Shown one piece after another: positions 30,177-39,413 of a stretch of 64,000 nt of DNA. Source of the DNA: an uncultured bacterium (GTDB taxonomy: Bacteria > Zixibacteria > MSB-5A5 > UBA10806); the NCBI GenBank assembly GCA_965541585.1, contig CBEUCH010000002.1, positions 64,001-128,000 on the forward strand, given 5' to 3'. Within the stretch, counting starts at the first letter, position 1; every line of letters begins with the position of its first letter. Made by a program: the position numbers and the translations under genes. The notes under the pieces were generated by a model. That model had not been told where the DNA came from and made no database searches. It saw nothing but the letters and a program-made list of their open reading frames with translations.

Positions 30177-30638
30177 ATGCAGATATCAAGAAAATCCGAC
30201 TACGCAATGAGGGCCATGGTCTACGTGGCTGCCTGGGAAGACGACAAGATCTGTTCGATAAATGAGATTTCCGAGGCTGAGAAGGTCCCCCGGGAGTATC
30301 TGGCCAAGATCTTAAAGGAACTCTCGTTGCAGGGATTCCTGCATAGCTATAAGGGTATCAACGGCGGTTATCGTTTGGCCAGGCCTCGTGAAGAGGTTAC
30401 TTTCCTGAGCATCCTTGAGGGAATGCAGGGCAAGGTTGCTGTCAATGAGTGTGTAAGGTCCTGTTCTCCGGTCTCATGTCTTAAGAAACCAAATTGTGCG
30501 ATTCATGGGTTCTGGTTAGCCGAGCAGGAAAGGGTTGTGGAGTCTTTAAAGTCAGTCAATCTGGCCGGTCTGGACTACGAAAAATACTATCCCTTTGCTC
30601 GCAGCAAGCGCAAAAAGCGAGTTGCCCAGACCGCGTAG
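30177..30638 (+). CDS. Rrf2 family transcriptional regulator, probably Fe-S binding
   Basis: DYAMRAM, YLAKIL and GINGGYRLAR motifs; Cys cluster ECVRSCSPVSCLKKPNCAIH. Confidence 0.92.
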   Translation: MQISRKSDYAMRAMVYVAAWEDDKICSINEISEAEKVPREYLAKILKELSLQGFLHSYKGINGGYRLARPREEVTFLSILEGMQGKVAVNECVRSCSPVSCLKKPNCAIHGFWLAEQERVVESLKSVNLAGLDYEKYYPFARSKRKKRVAQTA

Positions 30639-30690
30639 TCGATTCTACTCCAACCAGAGTTTCGATTAACCAAACCTTCAGGGGTTTGCC

Positions 30691-31701
30691 TTGAATAGCG
30701 GGAAAGTCAGGGCTATTGCCCTTTATTCCGGGGGGCTCGATTCGACACTGGCCATCCTCCAGATGATGAAATGCGGTGTTGAGGTCGAGGCCATCACGTT
30801 TCTCACTCATTTCGGCTGTGATGCCAGCGATTCATCGTCATGCGGCTCCGATCCCTATCCTGCCGCTGAGCAGTTCGGCTTCAAGGTGAAGCTGGCCCAT
30901 CTCGGGCAGAAATTCGTCGATATCGTAAAGAATCCCCGTTTCGGACACGGGAAGAATATGAATCCCTGTATCGATTGCCGGCTCGTCATGCTTGACGAGG
31001 CTAAAAATTACATGGAGATGGGCGGCGGCGATTTCATCATAACCGGCGAGGTGCTGGGGCAGCGGCCGATGTCGCAGAGGAAATTTGCACTCGACCTGGT
31101 GGCCCGAAAATGCGGCCTCGAAGGTAAGCTTGTCCGGCCGTTATCGGGACGATTGCTGCCACCGACCGTCCCCGAAAAAGAGGGTATTATCAAACGGGAA
31201 TGGCTTTTAGATATCCAGGGACGCTCACGCAAGCGGCAGATGCAGCTGGCGGAGGAGTTCGGGCTCAAGGAGTATCCGTCGCCGGCGGCGGGGTGTCTAT
31301 TGACCGACCAGCGATATTCCGACCGCTTGCGCGATCTTTTGAAATACAAGCCGGATACCGATTTCAACGATCTCAACCTGCTGCGGGTGGGACGGCATTT
31401 CCGGCTCGACCCCCAGACCAAGCTGGTGGTGGGACGCGACAAAACCGAAAACGAGATTATCGAATCGTTGATGCAAAAAGGGGACTGCCGCCTGGAAGCA
31501 CCCGATTTCGGCTCGCCGGTGGGGCTGTTGCGCGGACGGTATGATGATGCCGTGCTGGAAAAGGCCGCCGCCGTGGTGGCGCGCTATAGCGACGGCAAAG
31601 ACGAAAGCTCCCTGCGCGTGGACTATGGGAATTCCGCCGCCAACGGTTTGGTTGAGACCGCACCGGCGCAGGATGGATTCTTAGACGAGATCAGGATATA
31701 G
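30691..31701 (+). CDS. tRNA thiouridylase-like PP-loop protein (ThiI/MnmA-related)
   Basis: SGGLDS, NPCIDC, TGEVLGQRPMSQ, PAAGCLLT and GRHFR motifs. Confidence 0.85.
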   Translation: MNSGKVRAIALYSGGLDSTLAILQMMKCGVEVEAITFLTHFGCDASDSSSCGSDPYPAAEQFGFKVKLAHLGQKFVDIVKNPRFGHGKNMNPCIDCRLVMLDEAKNYMEMGGGDFIITGEVLGQRPMSQRKFALDLVARKCGLEGKLVRPLSGRLLPPTVPEKEGIIKREWLLDIQGRSRKRQMQLAEEFGLKEYPSPAAGCLLTDQRYSDRLRDLLKYKPDTDFNDLNLLRVGRHFRLDPQTKLVVGRDKTENEIIESLMQKGDCRLEAPDFGSPVGLLRGRYDDAVLEKAAAVVARYSDGKDESSLRVDYGNSAANGLVETAPAQDGFLDEIRI

Positions 31702-31708
31702 GTTTTTT

Positions 31709-31863
31709 GTAGGTCGGCATTTTAATGCCGACACCCGGATGCAGGCAATAAATTACCCGCCTACTGGATTCCCCATACGGGCCGTATGGCCGATCAGTAT
31801 TTGTAGGTCAAGACCCCCGTGGTCTTGACTCCTTGTTGTCAAATCCCAGGGGATTTGACCTAC
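31709..31863. repeat. Two REPIN-like doublets of GTAG-type REP palindromes
   Basis: GTAG-GTCGGCAT..ATGCCGAC with an inverted partner ending CTAC at 31764; GTAG-GTCAAGAC..GTCTTGAC with inverted GTCAAATCCC..GGGATTTGAC-CTAC ending at 31863. Confidence 0.8.
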
Positions 31864-32114
31864 TGCATTGTCTTCCATTCTTATCATTTTTTCCTTTTTC
31901 TCGGGCCCCACGTTTTGAGTGGGGGAGGTCCCGGGACCTTTAATGATCCCACGCAAGGTAGTACCTGCCCAGCAAGAATACGAAACGGGCAGCTACCAAG
32001 AAGGAGATTCCGACGTCGAAGGCGTTTCCTTCTACTTTATGGGAGGGGACGAAAACAAATGCGGGGAGCAGAGGGTTTTATGCGATGGTTGATGTATGGG
32101 GGGTACGCTAACCA

Positions 32115-32858
32115 CTATATTAGTCTCACTATTTCAGAAATTAATACATCGAGGTCATTTGAAAAATCTACTTGAGTTTCATTCGGGAGGGATTCCTTCT
32201 TACGTATTTGTGTATGTAAGTAAGTATCAGCGATCTTTCTAGAGGATTCATTCAGTCTCTTCATGGAATCCTTAAAGCTCCTTGTACCGGCATAATTATT
32301 GGATACCTCAGCAAAAGACCTGTATCCAAATATTGGAGGGACATGATCCAAGACAGCACGAAGAAGGCTAATAACAGCAATGTAGCTCTTTGAAGCATGA
32401 CAGCTATTTAATTCGTCGAGTAACTCCACAAGCCGCGCAAAATCGTATTTCGTGCTATGCAGCGTCTTGATAGACTCAAGACGTTGCAGATTAACATAAG
32501 AATGTACGCCGTGCTTCAAAGGTTCATCTGAACTTACCGTAGACGTACTGACATAATCTGTCAATTCGAAATCGTGCTCAACGATTGGGAGTTTGTCGGT
32601 AGGAATTAGCCAACAATCCTTGCCATTTTTAGCTGTCCTTCTATTTCGTGACAATTGGTATCGAAGCTTGGTGACGTTTGGCCTTCGCAAACCGGCCGTC
32701 TCAAAGTCTTTTTTAATATCTTGAAAGGTTATGTTCTTTTTACCTTGCTGCACGTGATGGTACCACATGAAGCAGACTGCCCTGTCGATGGTTTTCTCGA
32801 CGTAGATGGCAACCGATTTCGCGAATCCTTCAAACTGTTTTTCACTTTCATATGGCAT
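32115..32858 (-). CDS. Hypothetical protein with an N-terminal wHTH-like domain and a C-terminal HEPN/DUF4145-like domain
   Basis: AT-rich ORF; LLRAVLDHVPPIFG helix and RKIADTYLH (R-x7-H, spacing like the DUF4145 RxxGNxAAH motif); start placed at the ATG at 32858. Confidence 0.65.
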   Translation of the reverse strand: MPYESEKQFEGFAKSVAIYVEKTIDRAVCFMWYHHVQQGKKNITFQDIKKDFETAGLRRPNVTKLRYQLSRNRRTAKNGKDCWLIPTDKLPIVEHDFELTDYVSTSTVSSDEPLKHGVHSYVNLQRLESIKTLHSTKYDFARLVELLDELNSCHASKSYIAVISLLRAVLDHVPPIFGYRSFAEVSNNYAGTRSFKDSMKRLNESSRKIADTYLHTQIRKKESLPNETQVDFSNDLDVLISEIVRLI

Positions 32859-33061
32859 TGATGATTGCCTCAAAACGAATGACTCTTTTGCGGATCAATT
32901 TGTACAAGTTTGGCCTTCCCTTCCGGCGCATGGAATGTGAATCATCATATTTGAGCAGGAATTTTGCTTCGGTCGCCGCTGTGTCAGAAATAGTAGCATT
33001 GCCATCAATCGGAAAAGTAACTATTGATAGGTCCCGCCTGGACAGACAATAGCATTTTGTA

Positions 33062-33472
33062 TCATTTGTTTTCACCAAGTACGTTCCGCCATTCGTCCGT
33101 TAAGTAATAGAGACCTGTGCCTCTTGAATTAACCCATCCATTATTCTTAGCTTTACTCGAATATTTGCGATTGAATGCACCGAGAAAATCCTTTGCCTTC
33201 ATCTTATTCCATAAAGCTTCAATATCCCTTAATGCTACATCGCAGCCAATCTTCCCTTTTGATAAGAATGCAATCAATATTGTAAATTTCTTCGGGCCGC
33301 TCTTACCTTTAGCGTATCTTAATGCAAAAGCCCTTTCATTTAATGAGTAATTGATGCCATTATTTTTGGTTTTTTGACGTGCCTTCGTTTTAACATCATC
33401 TCTTTCGCGGAAAACCTCTTTTTCTAATCGTTCTAGCCGTTTGATGATGGATTTAATTTGACTGTCAGACAT
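33062..33472 (-). CDS. Small basic protein with an N-terminal coiled coil and a wHTH-like domain
   Basis: GAGGAG RBS; IIKRLERLEKEVF coiled coil; AKNNGWVNSRGTGLYYLT wing-like end. Confidence 0.7.
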   Translation of the reverse strand: MSDSQIKSIIKRLERLEKEVFRERDDVKTKARQKTKNNGINYSLNERAFALRYAKGKSGPKKFTILIAFLSKGKIGCDVALRDIEALWNKMKAKDFLGAFNRKYSSKAKNNGWVNSRGTGLYYLTDEWRNVLGENK

Positions 33473-33488
33473 AGATCCTCCTCGGACT

Positions 33489-33833
33489 CTATTTTCTTAA
33501 AACATACTCCCATTTTTTGCTTTTGGGATTTTTTATTCTGGTCATTACCCTGCGCCTCGTTAAGTTTAGCAAGTTCATTGAAATGAGTGATCTTGTATAA
33601 AACCGGCCCATTTCTCCCATTTTTTGCATGATTAACACTATATCTTTGGGAGCATCAAAGTACCCTTCCTCAATTAGAATATCTATTGCGCCTGTTGCCC
33701 CCTTTGCATTTTTCTTGACAGCTTTTTTTTGACGTGCCGTATCGGGCAAGCTCAGACCCTTGGAAATAACGACCATTTCATCCAGCAGTCTCCTCATTTC
33801 TACGGCCAATTCTTCAATGCGATTCTTCTTCAT
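33489..33833 (-). CDS. Small basic winged-helix-like protein
   Basis: AAGGAGG RBS; LIEEGYFDAPK...ISMNLLNLTRRRVMTR...WEY pattern. Confidence 0.75.
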   Translation of the reverse strand: MKKNRIEELAVEMRRLLDEMVVISKGLSLPDTARQKKAVKKNAKGATGAIDILIEEGYFDAPKDIVLIMQKMGEMGRFYTRSLISMNLLNLTRRRVMTRIKNPKSKKWEYVLRK

Positions 33834-33862
33834 TTACTCGCCTCCTTAATTTAAAGGATGAA

Positions 33863-33905
33863 ATAATAGTGATATCGAAAATAAAAGTCAAGCATTATTT
33901 TCGAT
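33863..33905 (-). promoter_or_regulatory. Sigma70 promoter of the cassette, overlapped by an 11-bp inverted-repeat operator
   Basis: Minus strand TTGACT-17 bp-TATTAT; ATCGAAAATAA (33874-33884) and TTATTTTCGAT (33895-33905) flank the -35 box. Confidence 0.75.
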
Positions 33906-34283
33906 TTCTGGGGCATTTTTTCCCCTCCCTCATTTAACGCACACAGAAAACTCAGTAAGAAATTAAATTACATTATTGGAATAAATATATAAATAACTTT
34001 AACCCTTTTATATTCAATCGCTTATACCATCACTAAAAGTGCTTTTTACTTATATTATTCTATGAATACGAGAATTAGCCCTTCAGATTCGTTAAATCCT
34101 CTGTCACAGGAAGGTTTCTACAAAGACGATTCGCTCACCGTACAGCGAGTCACCCTAAGCGGCAGTGCCCGTCAAGGATTTCAATCGCTGGGTGCCGCCC
34201 TCAAACTTGTTTGGGGATGTCTTATCAGTTCGTTCAATCCCAAACGAGTTCGCCGGTGAGTCACGCCTTGGCGTGCCGGCCGA

Positions 34284-34296
34284 CCCCCCCCCCCCC
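34284..34296. repeat. C13 homopolymer just upstream of the pdxS -35 box
   Basis: 13 consecutive C, then TTGACA (34304)-17 bp-TATCTT. Confidence 0.8.
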
Positions 34297-34406
34297 AAAA
34301 CTATTGACAGGGGCATGCGGCATCCATATCTTGCTTCATGGACGTGGGGGCTCTATTAAGTTAGTGGGGCTCTTGCAGATTTCATAGTTACCAAGAGGGG
34401 TTGATT

Positions 34407-35285
34407 ATGAATAAAGATAAAGACTTCAAGGTAAAGGTCGGGCTGGCGGAGATGCTCAAAGGCGGCGTCATCATGGATGTCACCAACGCCGAGCAGGCCG
34501 AGATCGCGGAGGAAGCGGGCGCCTGTGCCGTCATGGCCCTGGAGAAGGTCCCGGCCGATATCCGTGCCGAGGGCGGCGTGGCCCGGATGGCCGATCCGCT
34601 CAAGATCGAGGAGATCAAAAAGAAGGTCTCCTTACCCGTCATGGCCAAATGCCGTATCGGGCATTTCGCCGAGGCCCAGGTGCTGGAGGCGCTGGAGGTC
34701 GATTTTATCGACGAGTCCGAGGTCCTCACCCCCGCCGATGAGGCACACCATATAGACAAGCAAAAGTTCAAAATCCCCTTCGTCTGCGGCTGTCGCAATC
34801 TGGGAGAGGCGCTGCGCAGGATCGGCGAGGGCGCGGCTCTCATTCGCACCAAGGGCGAGGCCGGATCGGGCAATATTGTGGAGGCGGTGCGTCATATGAG
34901 GATGGTCACCGGCTCCATCAGGCGGATCACCACCCTCGATGACGAGCAGTTGATGACCGAGGCCAAGAACCTCGGCGTGCCTTACGATCTGGTCTGCTAT
35001 CTGAAAGAACATGGCAAATTGCCGGTGCCGAATTTTGCCGCCGGTGGTATCGCCACCCCTGCCGACGCGGCACTGATGATGCTTCTGGGGGCGGAGGCGG
35101 TATTCGTCGGCTCCGGGATCTTCAAATCGTCCGACCCGATAGTCCGCGGCAAAGCCATCGTCCTGGCCACCACTCATTATAAGGATCCTAAGATTGTGGC
35201 CGAGGCATCGAAATCTCTCGGGGAGGCCATGAAAGGCCTCGATATCAGCCAGATCCCCGAGGATCAACTCCTTCAAACCAGGTAA
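34407..35285 (+). CDS. pdxS: Pyridoxal 5'-phosphate synthase lyase subunit
   Basis: [30 protein letters not shown] and [13 protein letters not shown] motifs. Confidence 0.97.
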   Translation: MNKDKDFKVKVGLAEMLKGGVIMDVTNAEQAEIAEEAGACAVMALEKVPADIRAEGGVARMADPLKIEEIKKKVSLPVMAKCRIGHFAEAQVLEALEVDFIDESEVLTPADEAHHIDKQKFKIPFVCGCRNLGEALRRIGEGAALIRTKGEAGSGNIVEAVRHMRMVTGSIRRITTLDDEQLMTEAKNLGVPYDLVCYLKEHGKLPVPNFAAGGIATPADAALMMLLGAEAVFVGSGIFKSSDPIVRGKAIVLATTHYKDPKIVAEASKSLGEAMKGLDISQIPEDQLLQTR

Positions 35286-35291
35286 CCTGCA

Positions 35292-35852
35292 GTGATAGAT
35301 AAAGTTGTTGGTGTCCTGGCGATCCAGGGCGATTTTCAAGCACATATAGCCGCGCTCGAAAGAATCGGCATCGATTATAAAGAGATTCGAACAGGCAATG
35401 ATCTTGTCGGTATAACGCATCTGATCGTTCCCGGCGGGGAATCGACCACTATACGAAAGATATCTAAGTCGAACGGACTCTGGGAGAAGCTGGCCCGGTT
35501 TGATGGCCCCGTCATGGGAACCTGCATGGGTTCTGTCATCATGGCGCAGGAGATCGAGGCACCAAAGGATGATGCCCTGGGTTTATTAGATATGACTGTC
35601 AGGCGCAATGCTTACGGCCGCCAGATAAATTCGTTCGCCGCCGATGGCAGGATAAAATTTTTGGAGGAACCGTTCGAGATGGTATTCATCAGGGCTCCGA
35701 AAATAACAAGAATGGGAAAAGATGTTGAACCGATAGCCTGGCTGGGTGATGATATTACCGGCGTTATGGCCGGCAACAAGATAGCCTTTACATTTCACCC
35801 CGAGTTATCGGACAGCGTCAGAATACATGAGTTTTTCACAGGTTTAGAGTAG
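35292..35852 (+). CDS. pdxT: Pyridoxal 5'-phosphate synthase glutaminase subunit
   Basis: GVLAIQGDF, PGGESTT, GTCMG, RNAYGRQ and FHPEL motifs. Confidence 0.95.
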   Translation: MIDKVVGVLAIQGDFQAHIAALERIGIDYKEIRTGNDLVGITHLIVPGGESTTIRKISKSNGLWEKLARFDGPVMGTCMGSVIMAQEIEAPKDDALGLLDMTVRRNAYGRQINSFAADGRIKFLEEPFEMVFIRAPKITRMGKDVEPIAWLGDDITGVMAGNKIAFTFHPELSDSVRIHEFFTGLE

Positions 35853-35868
35853 CTTTTGCCGGCGCTTT

Positions 35869-36798
35869 ATGACATCAGAAAAGACAACTATGAACATCTA
35901 TCTTGCCAAAGCCCGCGGATTCTGTATGGGAGTGGAGAGATCGATCAGCATGGCTAAGGATGCCCGCGAGAAGTTAAATGGTGAAATTACAATTTTAAAT
36001 GAGATCGTGCATAACAATTCGGTCGTCGCGGATCTCGATAATATGGGGATCAGCCGCACCAGGGACCTTGAAAAGGTGAGGTCGGGAACCCTGATAATTT
36101 CCGCCCACGGAGTTGCACCGTCGGTGGTACAGAGCGCAAAAGATAGAGAATTAGATGTTATAGATTCCACCTGCCCGCTGGTGACCGTGCTGCACAAGGC
36201 GGCTGGTTATTTCATCAAAAGAGATTACACTGTAATCGTTTTCGGCGATCCGGATCACGATGAGATGAAAGGAGTCAAAGGGCATAATCCGGAGAAGATC
36301 ATCGTATTGGAGAAGATTGCATCGCTTAAAGACCTGCCGGATATCGACGGTAAGGTGGCTTTGATTTCCCAAAGCACTCAATCGATGGGGCTATTCGAAA
36401 AGGCGGCTGAACTGGTAAGGCAAAAATATAAAGAGGTCAGGATAAAAAATACTATTTGTGATGCCACACGTAAGCATCAGACGGCGGTTGTGGATTTAGC
36501 CTCGAGAACGGATCTAGTGATAGTGGTCGGATCCCAGACCTCGGCTAATTCCCGGAGGCTGGCACAGATTTCCAAACGATTAGGCACTCTTGCCTATTTG
36601 ATCGATGATTACTCGGAGATTGATCCCGTATGGCTGAAAGGAGTAAAAGACATCGGTGTAACCGCCGGGGCCTCTACTCCCGACTGGGCCATTAAAAGGG
36701 TGTTGGATCGCGTCAGGGAACTGGCTTTATTGAATGGCAATGCTGAAGTGAACATCTTCGATGAGAGATCTAACGAGTCTATAAGAAATGAAAAATAG
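35869..36798 (+). CDS. ispH: 4-hydroxy-3-methylbut-2-enyl diphosphate reductase
   Basis: RGFCMGV, IVHN, SAHG, DSTCPLV, TICDAT and GVTAGASTP motifs. Confidence 0.95.
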   Translation: MTSEKTTMNIYLAKARGFCMGVERSISMAKDAREKLNGEITILNEIVHNNSVVADLDNMGISRTRDLEKVRSGTLIISAHGVAPSVVQSAKDRELDVIDSTCPLVTVLHKAAGYFIKRDYTVIVFGDPDHDEMKGVKGHNPEKIIVLEKIASLKDLPDIDGKVALISQSTQSMGLFEKAAELVRQKYKEVRIKNTICDATRKHQTAVVDLASRTDLVIVVGSQTSANSRRLAQISKRLGTLAYLIDDYSEIDPVWLKGVKDIGVTAGASTPDWAIKRVLDRVRELALLNGNAEVNIFDERSNESIRNEK

Positions 36799-37852
36799 AC
36801 GGAAAACACGGACGGTCGGGATCGGCAAGATCGTTATCGGCGGCGACAACCCGATAGCGGTGCAGACGATGGTCAACACGCCACCCGATCAGGTGGAGAA
36901 GACCGTAGCGGAAATCAACCGGGCTGCCTCATGCGGGGCGGAGATTGTCAGAGTTGCGGTGCCGGATCGCCGGGCGTCTGAGTCACTCGCCGATATAAAG
37001 AAAGGTACCGATGTTCCCCTGGTAGCCGACATTCACTTCAATTACCGTTTCGCACTCGTAGCGGCCGATGCCGGATTCAACAAACTGCGCATTAATCCGG
37101 GCAATATCGGCGGGGACGATAAAGTGCGGGCGGTCGTGGATAAAGCCGGCGAGAAAGGGATACCGATCAGGATTGGGGTCAATCACGGCTCGGTGGAGAG
37201 GGAGCTCATTGACAAGCATGGCGGCCCGAAGCCGGAGGCCATGGTCGAATCGGCCATGCGACACGTGGAGCTATTGGAAAAGCACAATTTCCAAGATATT
37301 GTAATCTCGATAAAAGCCTCATCGCCGGTGGAGACTATCAAATGCTATAAGATGGTGGCGGACCGCTGCGATTATCCTCTGCACCTGGGAGTAACGGAAG
37401 CAGGAACGGAGTTCGTCGGATCTATCAGGACGGCAGTGGCTCTTGGCCATCTGCTTCACCAGGGGATCGGCGACACCCTCAGAGTCTCCCTCTCAGCCGA
37501 TATTGAAAAAGAAATAAAGGCCGGCTGGGCCATATTGCAGGCGCTCGGCCTGCGTCGCAGAGGATTGGAACTGGTTAGCTGTCCATCCTGCGGCCGTACC
37601 GAGACAGATGTTTACGAGTTGGCGGCCAGGGTAGAGAAAGCTCTCGAAACAACAGCCAAAGATATCAAGGTCGCGGTTATGGGATGTGTGGTCAACGGTC
37701 CGGGGGAGGCTGCAGACGCTGATATCGGGGTCATCGGCGGTAAGGGCCGGCTGATGCTGACACGCCGTGGGGAGGTTATCGGTAGATATGATGAATCAGA
37801 GATATTTGATGCTTTGATGAAGGAAATTGAGGCAATAGATTCTATTTCATGA
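36788..37852 (+). CDS. ispG: (E)-4-hydroxy-3-methylbut-2-enyl-diphosphate synthase
   Basis: VADIHF, RINPGNIG, HLGVTEAG, SCPSCGR and MGCVVNGPGEA motifs. Confidence 0.97.
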   Translation: MKNRRKTRTVGIGKIVIGGDNPIAVQTMVNTPPDQVEKTVAEINRAASCGAEIVRVAVPDRRASESLADIKKGTDVPLVADIHFNYRFALVAADAGFNKLRINPGNIGGDDKVRAVVDKAGEKGIPIRIGVNHGSVERELIDKHGGPKPEAMVESAMRHVELLEKHNFQDIVISIKASSPVETIKCYKMVADRCDYPLHLGVTEAGTEFVGSIRTAVALGHLLHQGIGDTLRVSLSADIEKEIKAGWAILQALGLRRRGLELVSCPSCGRTETDVYELAARVEKALETTAKDIKVAVMGCVVNGPGEAADADIGVIGGKGRLMLTRRGEVIGRYDESEIFDALMKEIEAIDSIS

Positions 37853-38016
37853 TAGATTTTGACCGGGACGATATCAATATGCATCTGATGAAATGTTTCA
37901 GGCGGGAACCCGCCGGGGTATGCGCAGGTTTGTTGATTTAGGTTATTTAGAATCTTTAAACTATTTAACAAGGAAGGTTTAGAATGCATTTCAGGAATCC
38001 GATTCATCCGGGGATT

Positions 38017-38487
38017 ATGCGCAAAACGTTTCTATCATTATTGGTTATGGTTTTCGCTGGAGTTTCGGCGATATCTGCGCAGGAGCATCCAACCGAGCAT
38101 CCGTCTGAGCATGAAGCCGAGCATCCAACATCGGAGAGAGAGGCCCTTACGAAAGAATCTTTAGCTGATGCCATCATCGATTATGTTAACAAGGAATCTA
38201 ATCTAAAGGGCGGATATTTCCTCTTTTTCGATGGGAAACAGGGCAAGCCGCTGGCCTTGACACTGGATAAAGTGCACAAGGAGAGGCTGGCCACGTTGGG
38301 CGACGGCGTTTATTTCGCATGCGCCGACTTTAAGGCCACTGACGACGATATGTACGATCTGGATATTTTTATGAAAGAGGATGAGCACGGCCTTGATGTC
38401 ACCGAAATCAACCTTCATAAGAAAAACGGCAAAGCGCGCTATACATGGGTTGAGAAAGACGGGATCTGGTCTAAGAAAAAGAAGTGA
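38017..38487 (+). CDS. Exported protein with an N-terminal EHP-repeat tract
   Basis: Signal peptide followed by QEHPTEHPSEHEAEHPT and a globular domain. Confidence 0.75.
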   Translation: MRKTFLSLLVMVFAGVSAISAQEHPTEHPSEHEAEHPTSEREALTKESLADAIIDYVNKESNLKGGYFLFFDGKQGKPLALTLDKVHKERLATLGDGVYFACADFKATDDDMYDLDIFMKEDEHGLDVTEINLHKKNGKARYTWVEKDGIWSKKKK

Positions 38488-38647
38488 TCGCCTGAAATAA
38501 ACCAGATAATTTAGCATTAAACGGGAACGGGACGGGTTATGGGGTGTCTGCCTTATATGCAGCATTGAGAATAATCGACATCGCAGGATATCGCAGTCTG
38601 CAATTTCCAGGCCCAACTTCATCCGTTGTCAGTGACAGGAGATTGAA

Positions 38648-39136
38648 ATGATAAGTGAGAAAATGCAGCAGGCTATCAGCGATCAGGTCACCGCCGAATT
38701 CTACTCATCGTATTTGTATCTTGCCATGTCGGCCTGGTGCGAGACTCAGAACTTTAAAGGTTTCGCGCGCTGGATGAGAATGCAATCGGAAGAGGAAAAA
38801 GAGCATGCCTTTAAGCTATTCGATTACCTGGTGAATCGTGGCGGCAGCGTAACGCTGGGTGTGCTGGATGCTCCGCCCGGGGATTTCGATTCGGTCCAGG
38901 ATGTTTTTGAAAAGACGCTGGCGCACGAGAAAGGGGTGACGGCCGGAATTCATAAGCTCAACGAGCTGGCAATAAAGGAAAAAGATTACGCCACGATCGC
39001 GCATCTGCAGTGGTTCATCACCGAGCAGGTGGAAGAGGAAGCCAGCGCCGATGAAATTCTAAACCAGATAAAAATGGTCGAAGGCAGGCCCGGATCACTA
39101 TTCTATATCGACAGACATGTGGGCAAAAGGCAATAG
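38648..39136 (+). CDS. ftnA: Non-heme ferritin
   Basis: EFYSSYLYLAMS, EEKEHA, HE and QWFITEQVEEE ferroxidase motifs. Confidence 0.93.
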   Translation: MISEKMQQAISDQVTAEFYSSYLYLAMSAWCETQNFKGFARWMRMQSEEEKEHAFKLFDYLVNRGGSVTLGVLDAPPGDFDSVQDVFEKTLAHEKGVTAGIHKLNELAIKEKDYATIAHLQWFITEQVEEEASADEILNQIKMVEGRPGSLFYIDRHVGKRQ

Positions 39137-39153
39137 CGTTGTTCATAATTATC

Positions 39154-39183
39154 GTGCGGGCAGTACCCGAATGTTGCCCGCAC
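39154..39183 (+). terminator. Hairpin after the ferritin gene
   Basis: GTGCGGGCAG...TTGCCCGCAC stem. Confidence 0.55.
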
Positions 39184-39413
39184 CCTTATCAATTGCGTAA
39201 AAATGATAACGGCGATTTTTTAAGAAAGGAGGAATACGGAAAACGTTTTCCAATATAGACCGCGGCTGTCCGGGCTGAGAAGTAGACCATCGCTCATATT
39301 GAGGCTCTCGGCATCCCTAAAGATCATTTGAAAAGAATATCTATTAGCCGCGAAGATAATTTTCTAGAATGGAATATCGATCTATTAACGAAATCTGAAG
39401 GAAGGTATCTATC

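Noticed and set aside
32848..33078. 76-aa ORF as a fourth cassette gene
   Set aside because: TTG start, no recognisable motif, overlaps both neighbours, and an equally long antisense ORF exists; left uncalled, though not excluded.
34632..35420. Long antisense ORFs over pdxS, and similar ones over the NYN, cytochrome c and S8 genes
   Set aside because: Expected by-products of GC-rich codon usage opposite well-conserved genes.
39260..39330. TPP riboswitch suggested by GGGCTGAGAAG upstream of the NYN gene
   Set aside because: The downstream conserved elements (ACCTGA, GnTAATnC, GCGnAGG) are absent and the gene context is unrelated to thiamine.
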